A DNA stretch of 64,000 nucleotides from Hemiscyllium ocellatum (taxonomy: Eukaryota): NCBI RefSeq assembly GCF_020745735.1, contig NC_083450.1:4543479-4607478 (forward strand), given 5' to 3'. The position numbers and the translations under genes are program-made. This document shows positions 13,247 to 26,613 of the stretch, one piece after another. Position 1 is the stretch's first letter, and each line of letters begins with the position of its first letter. Under the pieces are notes generated by a model. The model did not search any database, was not told where the DNA came from, and saw only the letters and a list, made by a program, of their open reading frames with translations.

Positions 13247-13545
13247 GGGCAGCACGGTGGCACAGTGGTTAGCACTGCTGCCTCACAGCGCCTGAGACCC
13301 GGGTTCAACCCGTGGAGTTTGCACGTTCTCCCCGTGTCTGCGTGGGTTTCCTCTGGGTGCTCCGGTTTCCTCCCACAGTCCAAAGATGTGCGGGTCAGGT
13401 GAATTGTCCATGCTAAATTGCCCGTAGTGTTAGGTAAGGGGTAAACGTAGGGGTATGGGTGGGTTGCGCTTTGGCAGGTCAGTGTGAACTTGTTGGGCCG
13501 AAGGGCCTGTTTCCACACTGTAAGTAATCTAAATCTAATCTAATC
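13247..13545 (+). mobile_element. tRNA-derived shark SINE (HE1-like)
   Basis: GGGCAGCACGGTGGCACAGTGGTTAGCACTG head, GGGTTCAA B-box, CR1-like tail TGTTTCCACACTGTAAG(TAATC)n. Confidence 0.9.
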
Positions 13546-13906
13546 AAAATGTATGGTACTTACATACACAAAAGTTGCATCACCATCGCTAGGTGGCGCT
13601 CTACCTGAAATATATGTATGGTAAACACGTGCGTGCACAAGCGCGTGCACGCACACATTCTCCACCCTGCCGCTGAGTAGTGTTGTAATTGAAACACACA
13701 TATAGTGCATGCTCACGCACACACAATCACATCCCTGCTGCTGGTTGCACTCTAACATGAAATACATTTATGATACACATGCAAATGCACACATAAACAT
13801 TCCTGCCACTGTGTCGTGTGGTAACTGAAGTATATGCATGGTATACCTATACAAACATACACACTCACATACACACACACACACACACATACACGTGTGC
13901 ATGCAC

Positions 13907-14526
13907 TGTTATGGATTAAGCCATACCACTCAAAACATTCTTAAGAAGGCAGCGCAGGCCATACATTTGCAATTAGTTTCAGTGAGTGTTAAGTACAAAT
14001 TACCCAGAATAAGATAACTGAATTGACGACTAGGTTTTAAAACAGAGAAAACATTTATTCAAAAAAAATTACACTATGAAACACAAAGACCAGAATAAAG
14101 AACCCACACAGAACTCAGTCTATCCAATTAGACTTAATAATGCTGTTCCATATAGACACAACAATGCCAATCAGCAAACTCCCTTTGAAAAACAAGTATA
14201 AACGGAACACATGCTTACAGATTAAAGTGGAAGAGCAGAAAAAGAGGGAGCGAGTTTCCACAGAGGACCCTGTTGAACTCCTCGCTAGTTCAGACTGAAC
14301 TAAACTGCTCAGCTCAACTGGAGAGCTGACCACACCCCTTCCTTTATACAGGTGACTTCTGAAAAGTGACCACTTTGGTCTGAAGTCTCATCTGTTTGCT
14401 AATAAACAAAACATCTCTCAAAATCATTTTCATCTCTATGCCAAACTCGACTGATTGGAGCCCATTACCATCTGAAAAACATCAAGGATAGAGCTTTGAG
14501 CACAAAAAATGAGTAGCTTTGTGACA
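13907..14526 (-). mobile_element. Probable solo LTR
   Basis: TGTTA...GTGACA termini and TTTATT on the + strand; no clean TSD. Confidence 0.5.
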
Positions 14527-15469
14527 CACACACGTGCACACACACACGCGCGCGCACACACACGTATACACACAGATCCCTGACGCTAGGTGGCGTTATG
14601 TTATACTTTTCCCCAAAATTCTTGCATTCTCAGTAGTTCTGTATACCAAAAATGATCGAAAAAATTAATCGTGCAGTACTTGCGTGAAATGAATTAAATG
14701 AGATAAAATACATGGTCTGAGGAAGGCTCCAACATGGACCCAAAACATTAAGTTTGATTTCTCTTCTCAGATGCTGCTAGATCTGCTCATATTTTCCAAC
14801 AAATTATGTTGCTGTTTCTGTTTTACATCAGTCACAGTTGTTCCGGTTTTTATTTGTTATTTGGGGTATTTGAGTTCATAATTTGTTGTCACATTAGACC
14901 TTTTAAAAGTTGCTTTGTTATTGGCACATGTATCGAAGTACACTGAAACTTTTTGCATTGCGTGCAAAACTGATAGAATGTATCATTTAAAGTGTACTAG
15001 GGTAATAAAGCGAGTAATATAATGTTGTGGATGAAGAGAAGTTGCACAAGGAGCAAAATCATTATTATATTTATTATTGGAGCGGTTCATTCAGAAGTCT
15101 GATAACAACACGGAAGAAGTCATTCTTAAATCTGTTCCTGCGAATGTGCAAACCTTTGTATCTGCTGCCCGATAGAATAGATTAAAATCGGGATGGGAGG
15201 GTTGTTTGATTATGTTGGCTTTCCTTCCGAGGCTGCGAGAAGTATAGATGGAGTCAATACATGGAAGGTGGTCTTATGCGCTGGACTGGACTTTGATCAC
15301 AACTGTCCATATTTTCTTACAGTACTGGGCGGAGCGGTTGACACACAGTGGTTGGATGGGGTTAGTGGGCGGGGTGGTTTGGACGGGTTTAGGGGGCGGG
15401 TGGGGACGGGGTTGGATGGGGTTTGTGGGCTGGGCGGGGGGGGGGGGGGGGCAGCGTCCGTGCGCTGTC

Positions 15470-15615
15470 TGCTGCTGCAGTCTCCTGAATGGGGAGCAGA
15501 CTTTAAAAACTCCGAGCCCCAGAGGAAAGGCATTTAATCAATTAACCGAATAGTCGATTATCCAAACGAAATAGTGCCCACCCATCTCGTTCGAATAATT
15601 GAGGTTCCCCTTGTA
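15470..15615. mobile_element. Possible pogo/Tigger-like DNA transposon end
   Basis: Ends ...CGAATAATTGAGGTTCCCCTTGTA, resembling the Tigger-type TIR; the other end was not found. Confidence 0.35.
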
Positions 15616-15881
15616 CTGCATATTATACACACTGCCCTAATCCCTGTCGGTAGGTGACGATGTGAGACATGTATATCCCTGAGTGTCTGTGTACACATAG
15701 ACATCTGATATAAACCCCAAGCCCATCGCTAAAGACTGCAGATACATAATGCCATTCCTGATAATAGGAGGTGCAATGAATGATGTACATCTTCATCTGA
15801 GATGTTGGGTGATGCTCCGACTGACGATTTCATTTTCCCCATTCTCATCACAGCCCTTATATTCTTAACAGTTTTGCATAC

Positions 15882-16790
15882 TGTTAGGACACGGGTAAAC
15901 CCTCCTGCTTAATTTAAACCAGCAACACAGAAAAGATATACCCCGTGCAGTAATCTGTGAAAATCGAGAGGTCAGGAACTGAAAGAAGTAAAAATTAATA
16001 ACTTTCTTTCTTAAAGTATAACACAGAATAATTAACAAACATCCATTAACAACTCTTTTCTCTGACTTATCTTTTACTTTCCCTTCTATAAAACTAGTCG
16101 AATACAACCCCCCGATTAAGATTTACTGAAAAATTCAAATTTCAAAACCAACTAGCTGTCGAATTTTCTCTTTGCAGATTCTCTCTCCAGGTCAGAGTCG
16201 ATTGTTTTTTCTCTCTGTGCAAACTCCATCTCCAGACAGGTACCTCTCAGACAGTTCTGACTAGGAGTCTACACCTGTTGGTTTCGTGGCAGTTGTCCTC
16301 CCAACTGTTCCATTTTCCCCAAATACACCAAAGCATCAGCTTTTAAGATTGCCAATATACTAAATTCAAACTTGATTGGAATTTGGTATTGTCGGGATAT
16401 AATTTAAACTGATTGGCCTAATTCGAAACTGTTTTATCGTTTCCAGGCAACCCAGATAATATAACTTTCGACTAAGTGTTATGTTGTTGCCTTATTGTGA
16501 AAATGTGTTGCTGGTTAAAGCACAGCAGGTTAGGCAGCATCCAAGGAACAGGAAATTCGACGTTTCGGGCATAAGCCCTTCATCAGGGCTTATGCCCAAA
16601 ACGTCGAATTTCCTGTTCCTTGGATGCTGCCTAACCTGCTGTGCTTTAACCAGCAACACATTTTCAACTGTGATCTCCAGCATCTGCAGACCTCACTTTT
16701 TACGCCTTATTGTGAACACTTGGTGCTGTCAAGTAATCCTGCTAGCTTCTAACTCTCTTAAAGGTGCAGTATCCCCACATCTTCATAACA
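15882..16790 (-). mobile_element. Solo LTR, same family as 12395-13095, carrying a Penelope palindrome insertion
   Basis: The reverse complement aligns with 12395-13095; TGTTA...TAACA ends; flanks ATAC/ATAG. Confidence 0.75.
16502..16703. mobile_element. Penelope pseudo-LTR inverted repeat with 13-bp TSD GCCTTATTGTGAA
   Basis: 79-bp arms (16501-16579 and 16585-16663, 1 mismatch, 5-nt loop); TSD at 16489-501 and 16704-16. Confidence 0.88.
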
Positions 16791-19237
16791 ATAGCTTCAG
16801 CGGTGGAAATAATTGATCATGCAGCACTAGCTGTCCTGTTGCAAATCCTTCAAATGTCCTGAAACGTTTCTTTCTTGTCATTGCAATTTTTAATGCATAC
16901 GTTTCAGGGACAAATTCATGGAGTCAGGAAGGGAAAAAGCTGGACAGGACAGAAACAGATCATTCGATAGAAGTTGTCCATGCCAACCAGGTGCCCTAAT
17001 CTGATCCAATCCCATTTGGACCATTCAAAATCCTTCCTATTTATGGGCCCGTCCACTTGAATGTATCATACTTAACTACTCCCTCCGGCATCTCATTCCA
17101 CACACCTACCAGCCCTTGTAAGAAAATGTTGTACCCTTGTATATCTTTCCTCTCCTACTATAAACCTGTGCACTCTTGTTTTGGATCTCCTACACTGGTT
17201 AAGAAAAAGACATTGAATATTCACACTATCCATGTTCCTCATCATTTTATATATCTGAACAATGTCACCACTTAGCCTCAACGATTTACAGAGGCACTTT
17301 CTTTCATCTGCAGTGTTACAGACCCAGAGCTGGAACGTGAGATGAGGCCAGCTACATCTGTTTGTCACTATGGACACCACATACCACATTCAGTCAACTT
17401 TCCAAGTCTGTGTCACCTCAAATCGAAATTGGTGCAGCAATCCTTCCACATCCACGCAGTCTAGCAATATGTCCAATGAGCGAGTCTGGGTCTTTGACTG
17501 GAAGGCCAATTTCACAGATATCATCAACTACAGTTGAACTGATTACGTCAACAGTTTTGATGAGGGCATCAACTTCTCAGCCATTCTGAGTCACTGAATT
17601 GCAGCATGAAACATTTCTGTGTCCGCAAGAACAAATAACACAAGCAAAACCCTTCTTACCCAGATTTGTCCCCCTTGGATTAGCAGGAAAATTGTTTGCG
17701 TCCTGACTCTTCTTATTTTACATCTTTTGTACTGCTCGGTGGCACTTTGGTATGCATTTGCCCTGCCAAGCTGACCTGTCTGATTCCAACACTTGTAGTT
17801 GCAATCGACTGCCATTAGATGGAGTCGGTTCTACTATGACGGCATCATTAGTAAACTTCAATCTGGCTGTCTCCTTCTGTCCATTACTTGAGCTCGCCAC
17901 CTTCTCTCATCTACTTTCTCTCCTCAAACGTTTTATTTTACCATGCCTCCATCTGTACCCCCTCTCACTCTGTTGTCACTGGATGCTTTGCTCAATCAGT
18001 GGCACTCTGTTCCACTCCTCCCTCCCTTACTGCCACCATCTCTGACTCCCATCTTTTTCTCTCCCCCTCACTGCTTTTATTACACTCTCTGAATCCCCTT
18101 CTCTCCACCTGACTCGATATCTCTGCCTTGCCATCTCTCCCTTACTGTCTCCCTCAATTCCCTTTCTCTCCCATGCACTGTCCTCCCATTTTCCCTCCCT
18201 CTCCCTCTCTTCTCCGTCACCTCTGTCTTTCTAAAATCTCTCTCTCTCTCTCATCCTATCTGTTCCTAAGCCTCTCTCCCCCTTTCTCATCACTCCAAAT
18301 GCATCCTCTCCCTTTTTCACAGCACTTTTTCACAAAACTCCCCTCTCGCTCCTTCCCCGTCTTTATCTCTCCCTTTCTCTCTCTCTTTCTAACACTCTTT
18401 CACACATTTTCTTTCTCTTACTCAGTCGCAACTCTACATGTCTTCCAGTCCCTATGTCTTTCTTTTTCTCTCACCCTCCCCTCTCACGTTTGGTTCTTCT
18501 CACGCTCTCATAAACCATTTATCACCCGCCTCACCTCAATTTCTCTCCCTCTCCCTTTCTCTCTCTCCACATCTCCCATGCCTGTACCTATTGAGAAGCT
18601 ATAGCCCGGTGCCAACTTCCTCCTCACTTGCTTCCCCATATGTCGAAACTGAGGCACGTTGCACCCACTCTCGCCATCAGTTTCATTCACTGTCCTCATG
18701 ACTTGAGCTCTGAAATTGGAGCTGCCAGATCTATTTGGGCCTGAGTGAGGGTAGAACTATCAGTGGTGTCATCCAGCTGCCTCCGACTATGAAGTTTAAA
18801 CCCAGAACCTATCATTTTCATGTGCGCTGATAAAACTGATGGTGGGGGAGGGGGTGGGGAGGTGAGGACAGGGAATACCTTTAGTACAGCCAATGCATTT
18901 CCAAAAACCTGTGCCCCTGTTTTGATATTAATGCCTGCAATTGGCTTCCTGATGATATCACGGAACTAGCAAAACAGAGTTCAATGAGCTTTGTACATGC
19001 CCAAACTTGTTTAAATACCACCATAGGATTAATCAATATATTCATCAGTTCATCTGGAATCTAATCTGATTCATGGTTATGGAGACAGCTATCTTTGAGC
19101 GTCACTAGCAATAAATGTTACAATTCTTTGTTCATTAATTGAAGAAATAAATTTCTGTGTTCATTAATTGGGGAAATAAATTCGCCTTCCATAACCTTGT
19201 CTGGGCTAACTCCAGACAAGCTCAATGATTGGAGGGA

Positions 19238-19895
19238 GGGGCAACACAGTACTGCCCAGTGAGAAAGTCGAGGAATGAAGTGCATAACAGTGAAGTGGAG
19301 GGGGGAATACATTCTGGCAGTGGGATATTCCTGTGTTTCTGCCTTCTGTGTGGAGTTTGCACATTCTCCCCGTGTCTGCGTAGGTTTCCACAGGGTGCTC
19401 CGGTTTCCTCCCAGTCCAAAAAAAAATGTGCAGGATTGGTGAATTGGCCATACTAAATTGCCCATAGTGTGAGGTGAAGGGGTAAATGTAGGGAAATGGG
19501 TCTGGGTGGGTTGCTCTTTGGAGGGTCAGTGTGGACTTGTTGGGCTGAAGGGCCTGTTTCCACACTGTAAGTGATCTAATCTAAGTAATCAAGGTGGGAG
19601 AGTGAAGGAGACGGTGCTCTGAAATAGAGCTGCGCATTGGGCTGCTCGTGGCTCAGTGGTTAGCACTACTGCCTCACAGTGCCAGGGACCCCGGTTCAAT
19701 TCCTGCCTCAGGCGACTCTCTCCGTGTCTGTGTGGGTTTCCTCCCACAATCCAACAATGTACAGGAATTGGCCATGCTAAATTGCCCGTAGTGTTAGATG
19801 AAGGGGTGAATGTAGGGGAATGGGTCTGGGTGGCAGGTCAGTATGGACTTGCTGGGCCGAAGGGCCTGTTTCCAAACTATAAGTAATCTAATCTA
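19238..19895 (+). mobile_element. Two tandem HE1-like SINEs (about 19238-19585 and 19639-19895)
   Basis: Shared body GTGGAGTTTGCACATTCTCCCCGTGTCTGCG and (TAATC)n tails. Confidence 0.8.
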
Positions 19896-22800
19896 CTTCC
19901 CCCAGTTCCTTCTTCATTTGTTGGCATTGGTACGCACCCTCCCCAACTCTCTTGTGCTTCCTTGAGCAGTAAAAATATGTGTTTTGTTTTTGTTTAGATA
20001 ATGAAAGCACAAATGGAGAAAGAAGGAATGTGACGTTGAGGTCATGGTAAGATTGAATGGCTAAGCAGACTAGAAGGGCCAAATGGCCTCCTCCTGCTCC
20101 TAGCTTCTGCGTCACCCTCATTGTCGCTCTCTGGCTGTTCCCTGCCTCAGGGATGTGAAGAGGGCCTGAGAAATGAGGCTCAATGATGTGGTGTTGGTTT
20201 GTGTTCATCCCTAAGCAAAACTTTCACTGCTGTGGCAAGTACACTCTGTGCCACGCCAACTATGTGCGGTCCTATTATGTGAATCAATGCAAGGAGTGCT
20301 TCAGCTGGCTTGTCCCGTAGGGTTTTTACCTGGTTGGGGTGTACATTCCGATTACAGTGACAGTTGTATCAACCTCTATCCCCTCCCCCCATTGTAATCC
20401 TTTTGACTCAACTGTACACGTACACCTCCATTGGCATTGCTTTTCTTCCAAACACACGCACGTTCTCTCGTCTCCATACCCATCATCACACATTGGATAG
20501 AAAAACTATTCAACTGTGGGAACCGTCACAATACGACCTGAAGTAGCTCTCTCTCTCGCTCTCTCTATGTCGTGTTCCAGCATGGGGGCAGGACCAAATA
20601 GCCTCTGAGCCTGCGGATTCAAAATATAGTGAATTAAAATCTTGGATGATCATCAAAATTGACCCCAATGAAACCTAAGCAGACATATACGAATATGAGT
20701 CTCAGACTTGGTGAATAAGCAATTCTCAACACTCTTTTCTATCTTAAACAAAAGGCTCAGTAACCCATTAAAAATCCACAAACTTCAGTAGAGCAAGATT
20801 GAATAACAAAGTAATTGGGTTATGTGATAAACCTGATGCTTTCATTCCCATTTACCGAAATGACAGGCCGACAATGGAATATTTGCAAGGCATAACAAAA
20901 CTTTGAAAAAAAAAACGAATCAGATTGCATCACTGTTTTTCATGATGTGCTGTTACACAATCATAAGATTATGTTTTTTTGGTTGATGTCTGAAAGTGTG
21001 CAGCAAGGCCACTTCTCCATTTCACTCAGATAAAGGTAATTAGAACGATGACAGAATTCTCTATTCTCTGAACTTCCAAAATTTGATAAAGAAGGTTAGA
21101 CAGGGAACCTTCAAACCTTCATGTTGTAGCATCAACTGCAAAAAAATCCTTTTGTTCTTAGAAGACACAATCTAAAACACAATTGGAATTCCGACCTCTC
21201 CTTGGATGTATGACCATCTCACCCTCGAGGTCCCAGTTAACATTCACCAAAAAACATCTGGTTGAGCAGGAGGTGTTTTCCAGACGTGTAGGAAGAAATT
21301 ACCAGCTATTGACGTCAGTAATGGTCAAGTTCTGCTCTCTGTTTAAGCATAGTGCTCTCCCTGTTTATGAATCAACTTCTGAAACATTTGATTAGGGACC
21401 AAACTGCAGGAACCTCCAGGCTTGGCCTCAGAAATTGTCCAAACCTTTTTTTGGTCTGTCCTCCTTTCAATACAAGATGTTACCCAGAGTCGGAATGTCA
21501 TCTTTGCCTCAGGGATCATAGTTCCAAACCAATATTGATAAAAGATTTCCAATAAAAGTGATGAAATATCATGGAGGGTTCTAAGAGTTGGAGAACTCTT
21601 TAATGTTCCTTCAGTGAAGTAAGTGTCCTTCTGATGTTTTTGATTTCGCTTACAGCAAACGCCATACTGATTTTATGTGATGTTCCCCAATGTCCTGCCC
21701 ACACATTTATTGCATTACGAGGCTAAAGTCGTGAGAAGAACAATGATGAGTCCACTGTAGCTGGGTTACCCATATTGATTCATTACGATGTCCGCTTAGA
21801 ATGGCGTCTGGCTAGCGTGGTCGAGCTCTGTATGGATCTGGAGAGGGAGCGTTTGACAGTATTGGTGGTTAGTGAGTGGAGGAAGAGTGACGATAGGCAG
21901 TTCGGGGAGCTGTTATTAGTGGGAGATGCGCAGTTAGAGATAGTTGATGTGAGGAAGGGCCAAGAATTATCCGGTATGCTTTTTACCAAAATGCACCTAA
22001 CGATTGGTGGATTGCATCCAACAGTACATCTCTTTGCAAATACACAGGATATTGACGTAACTCAATAAACGTAAGTAAAACATAGCATAGAATATCTAAT
22101 TTCAAATGTCATTGCACAGTTGGACAAAAGTGGCTCAGTGATCACAAGTGAACAATGAATTACTCATGCAACCAATTTAGGGTCAGCAGTGGAGCGTGGA
22201 AAGTGGTACAGACATGCATACTAGCTCCACGCATGTACATAGGTAGAGACCTATCCTCTGCAGCCAGATCGAACTTTTGCTGTCTACTCTTTTAACAGCT
22301 ATTGTCGTTTTGTACTCCTCACAGAAAGGCAGTTAGAGATGATTGGACCAACGTCTATGACTTGGATATTGTTGGAAATTAAACCTAAGTATGGGGTGGA
22401 CTTGGGGGCGTGAAGTGTTGTGTGGTGGGAGAAAGTTCCTGGGGAATTCTCTATGGCAATGCGTTTGCCAAAAGGAGCTGGCAGGAATCCAGTTGTACCC
22501 TGCTTCTCTTGTCATCTAAAGTATTGTTCCCTTTGAAATGTGATTTGCATCTTGTCCTGCTGAATGCATGATGAAAGTTTTTGACAGGTTCAATAAGACA
22601 ATGCATTATATCGGATATGGGGCACAAGGAGACCATTCAGTTGATAACAGACCACGTCAGTGCTGATGATCCAAGTGAACCTTTTTGCATCATTTCTCAT
22701 TTATATCTACTATTGGGGCCCTTTCTTTGCATGTCTATCCCACTTGTCTATATTCCTCACAAATGCTTCGATACCCCTCACTTTGGGACCAATTTCTACA

Positions 22801-23049
22801 TTCTCACTACTCTTTGACCAGATTGACTCAAAAGGTGTAGAAGGAGACCGTTCAGCCCCGTGAACCTCTTCTGCCCTTTAATACAGGATTGAGGCTGATT
22901 TGTGTCTCAACTCCCTCAAACAACATGTATGATTCCTGAAATGTTGAATCTCTTTACCCAACCCAATCAGTGCAATGAGTTGGGCTGGGGTGGTGACTGG
23001 AAAATAGTGATGCTTGAAAAGTAGCAAAATACAGAGCTTCCAAGACCAG

Positions 23050-23580
23050 GTCAGAAATCGGAAATTGTGCAAGGAGTGACTCACCTCCTGACTTTCCAAA
23101 ACCAGTCCATCATCAACAAGGCACAAGTCAGGAGTGTGATGGAATATATCCTAACTTGTTTCGCTGTGTGCTCGACACCATCTAAGGTAAAGCAGCCCAC
23201 TTTAGTGGCACCACCATTCCAAATATCCATTCCCTCCACCACTGACGGTTACTGGCAGCAGTGTGTAAAATCTACAAGGCAAACTGCAGCAGTTCATCAA
23301 GGATACCTAGTACCTTTCAAACCTACAAGCTCGAACCTCGAAAAGGACGAGGGCGGCAGATACACGGGGGCACCACCACCTGTAAACCACACATTCTAAA
23401 TGGGAAATCTAGCCGTCAATCCTACAGTGTGACTGCGTCAAAGCAGTGGAATTATCTCGCTAAGTGTACTGTGGGTGTCCCTATATTACCTAGTGACATT
23501 TCAAGAAGGCGTGTCACCACCACTGTCTCAAGGGTGAGATAGCATTAGATAGGAAAAGGTACCCAGACAACAACGCCTAC
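23050..23580 (+). mobile_element. LINE RT C-terminal fragment (CR1/L2 group); paralog at about 41030-41570
   Basis: VTHLLTFQNQSIINKAQVRSVMEY motif; degraded; shared by units 1 and 2. Confidence 0.6.
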
Positions 23581-24179
23581 AACCCCTGAAAGAATAATGC
23601 AAACTAAAAAGGGTTGAGTCTGTGGAAGATTACTGTGCACAGATGGGCTACCACGTTAGCGTCATCACAAAGTGACCACACGACTAAAAATAATCCATCG
23701 GCTGTAAAACACGCTGGGACATGTTGCGGTTGTGACAGGTGATATATGAACGCAACTTTCTCAAATGTTCTGAGTGAGCAGCCTGCAAATCATCAGGCAT
23801 GACATCTTGGACAACAGCGAGTGGAACTGAAAGTCAGAGGGAGCGAAAGAAAGAGCTACTGACAGCTCGTGACCAACACTGATTTTAGAAATTATTCTTC
23901 CTTAAGTCACAAAAGTAATTGGGTTTTGATAAATGCAGCCCCTGGCGGTTGCACGGAGGGCAATTGACGAGAATGGGACCATGGATGAGGGGCTTCAGAT
24001 TAAATTTCACTCTCCCCCTCCTCGCTCATGAAAGCAACTTTGCAGATTTGAATCTCCTTCAATAACACAGACACTTTAGCAAAAGGCGATTATTTCTAGA
24101 AGAGAAAACAAACATGATTTCTCCGGAGCATTTCAACAGTTTTTTTTTAGAAAACACTTTACATCAAGTAAAGACTTCT

Positions 24180-26050
24180 TCAAGACTGGTGAAGAGTATA
24201 GAGATGGCGAGGGGTGAATGGGCTTAGGGAGGTGAAAGAGGTAGTGAGGGATGAAAGGTTAGAGGAGGCAAAATATTGGGAAGGCTGGGAGAGGATGCAG
24301 ACATAGGGAGCACCTGAGCAGCGACAACAGATCACAGAGATTGGGAAAGATGTAGGAGCTGGGGAAGGCTTGAGAGATACAGAGGGTCTTAGGTGATGGA
24401 GGAGAGCACGGATAATGACAGGCGTGCAGAGGCTGGAGGAGGTTACATATGAAGGAAGGATGTAGGAGCTAGAGGAAGTTACAGACACAGTGATCCGTTT
24501 TGAGGCTGTAGGGGATACAGAGATAGACTCATAGAGTTATGCAGCCCGGATACAGACCCTTTGGTCCAAATCATCCAGATATGCTGATTTAATCTATTGC
24601 CTTTTGCCAGCATTCATCTCTAATCCCTCTAAACCCTTCCTATTCGTGTACCCATTGAAATGCCTTCTAAGTACTGCAATTGTTCCCACTTCTGCCAGCT
24701 GTTCTGACAGAGTATTACATGCACGCACCACCCTCTGTGTCAAAACGTTGCCCCTCCGGTTCCTTTCAAATCTACGTCTCACACAGTAAGACTGTGCCCT
24801 TTATTTTTGGGCTACTTTGCCCTGGGAAAAAAAGACTTTGTTTTTCACACTATACGTATGCCTCGTGATTTTATAAACCTCCATTAGGTTTGCAAACCTC
24901 TTAGCTGCTAAAGTTCTGGATTCAATAGCCTCAGCTTATTCGGCCTCTCCATGCAGCTCAAATTCTTCAAGCCTGGTAACATCCTCGTGAATCTTTCCTG
25001 AACCCTTTCAAATTTGACAACATCATTCCTGTAGCAGAATTCAATACAGTATTCTAAAGTTTGGCCCAACCACTGACCTGTTCAGCTGCAACATTATATC
25101 CAAACTCCTACGCTCAATGCACTAATTAATGAAGGCAGACATGCCAGTGGCCTTCTTCACCACCCTGTCAAACTATGTTCCAGGATCTCTACACCTATAG
25201 CCTTAGGTCCCTTTGTTTGGCAAGAGTCCCCAGGTTTTCCCATTGACTTTCAGTCCTATCCTGAATTGCCTGGCCAAAATGAACACCATTTTGGGATGTA
25301 GGGGCTGGAGGTGTTTATATTCTTAGGGACGGTTTGTGACTGGAGGAGGTGAGAGAGAGGAGTAAGCTGTCGGAGATTGCAGTGATAGGGAGGCGTGTAG
25401 GGCTTCAAAAAAGCTTACTATTTGGGACAGAGTGTCTCAGTTGGAAGAGGGCTTAGAGATAAAGTGATAGTAAGGTCCTGGAGGAGATTGAAGTAATAAG
25501 TAGATGTTTCGGTGCTGGAGGGGTTTGCAGACGGGGAGGATTTGTCGGCAGACGCAAGGGCTCGGGGACGTTACAGAGACGAGGAGGTAAGAGATTATGA
25601 GACCAAAGTGATGAGTGACGCTGCAGAAGATGGAAGATTTAGGCAGTGGTATATGTGCTGCAGGAGGTTTCTGAGGTGAGGATGGATGTAGGGCTGGAGT
25701 TACGTCCAGAGTTAGGGAGAGGTATAGGGATTGGAGGGTGAGACAAAGATCATGAGACGTGTAGGAGCTGGGGGGCATCCAGAAGATAGAGACACGTGTA
25801 GCCGTTGGAGGAGGTGACAGAGATTGGGAATAGTGTTGATGCTAGAAACAGTTACAGAGCGATGTAGGAGCGATTAGAGATATCTGTGGAGCAGTATTCG
25901 GATCTGAGGTGGCTACAGAGATTGGGATTGGTGCAGGCACTGGAGTTTTTATTCTGAAATAATGAGGAACCTTCGGGTCTGGAGGAAAAGGCAGAGATAT
26001 TAAGGCATGTAGGGTCTGGAGCAGCTAACAGATCTCGTGTGGTGTTAGAG
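24180..26050 (+). repeat. 37-bp G-rich minisatellite, unit 2 (interrupted by a CR1 fragment at about 24530-25280)
   Basis: Same repeat motif; aligns with 700-1600 and 42590-43000. Confidence 0.8.
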
Positions 26051-26613
26051 TGATTGGAAACAGGAGTAAACTGCAGAATGAGAGATTCCAGAGGATAAAC
26101 AGAAGATGCCCACTGTGGGTATTTCGATTGCCTCTGTCTTTCATGGAACTGTTTGTGTAAATGCGCGAGATGTCTGAGAAGGTGAGTGTTTGATGGATCC
26201 TCTGCATTTTCCCTCCTGCTCGTGGGTGAAGCTACAGCTGCCTGTGTGACGTTTTGGAGCTGATGACTGATGGTGCAACGCAGTGCTGCTGCTGCTGCTA
26301 CTGCTGCTTCTAATCGCTCAGTGATCAGAGAGGTTTCAGTTCCTCCGCTGACATGCACCTTCCCTTCCACTCCATCTGGACGCCAGGCCACACCATCTGC
26401 TGCCCCTTCACAAACAGGCCAAAAACAGCATCGCTTCAGCTCTCGGGAACTAAAATGAGGAACTTGAAATGCTTCCCCCCAACCCCACATCTCAGGCCAC
26501 CCGGCGTCAAGGGAGTGCATTGCATTGAACTCAGATGCAGAGGCAACCTTGACACTGGCTCTTTGACTCTGTGATGCATCATTGAAGTGGCTTTAATCAG
26601 ACTGCTAAAGGAT

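Larger units (their letters stand above)
11823..15660 (+). promoter_or_regulatory. Array of CTCF-like motifs 3' of cluster 1
   Basis: Cores at 11823 (CCACAGGGTGGCGC), 11864, 12017, 13586 (TCGCTAGGTGGCGC), 13670, 14583 (ACGCTAGGTGGCGT) and 15647, all on the + strand. Motif match only. Confidence 0.6.

Noticed and set aside
16481-16816. Near-identical ORFs on both strands (16481..16816 and 16492..16683; also 58457..58651 and 58497..59066)
   Set aside because: An artefact of palindromic Penelope inverted repeats.
22543-22550. Isolated octamers away from V genes (22543 and 13779)
   Set aside because: No downstream leader or V exon; an 8-mer is expected a few times by chance in 64 kb.
25852-26520. 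222-aa minus-strand ORF with poly-Ala
   Set aside because: The frame is not preserved in the three paralogous blocks; the poly-Ala comes from a trinucleotide repeat.
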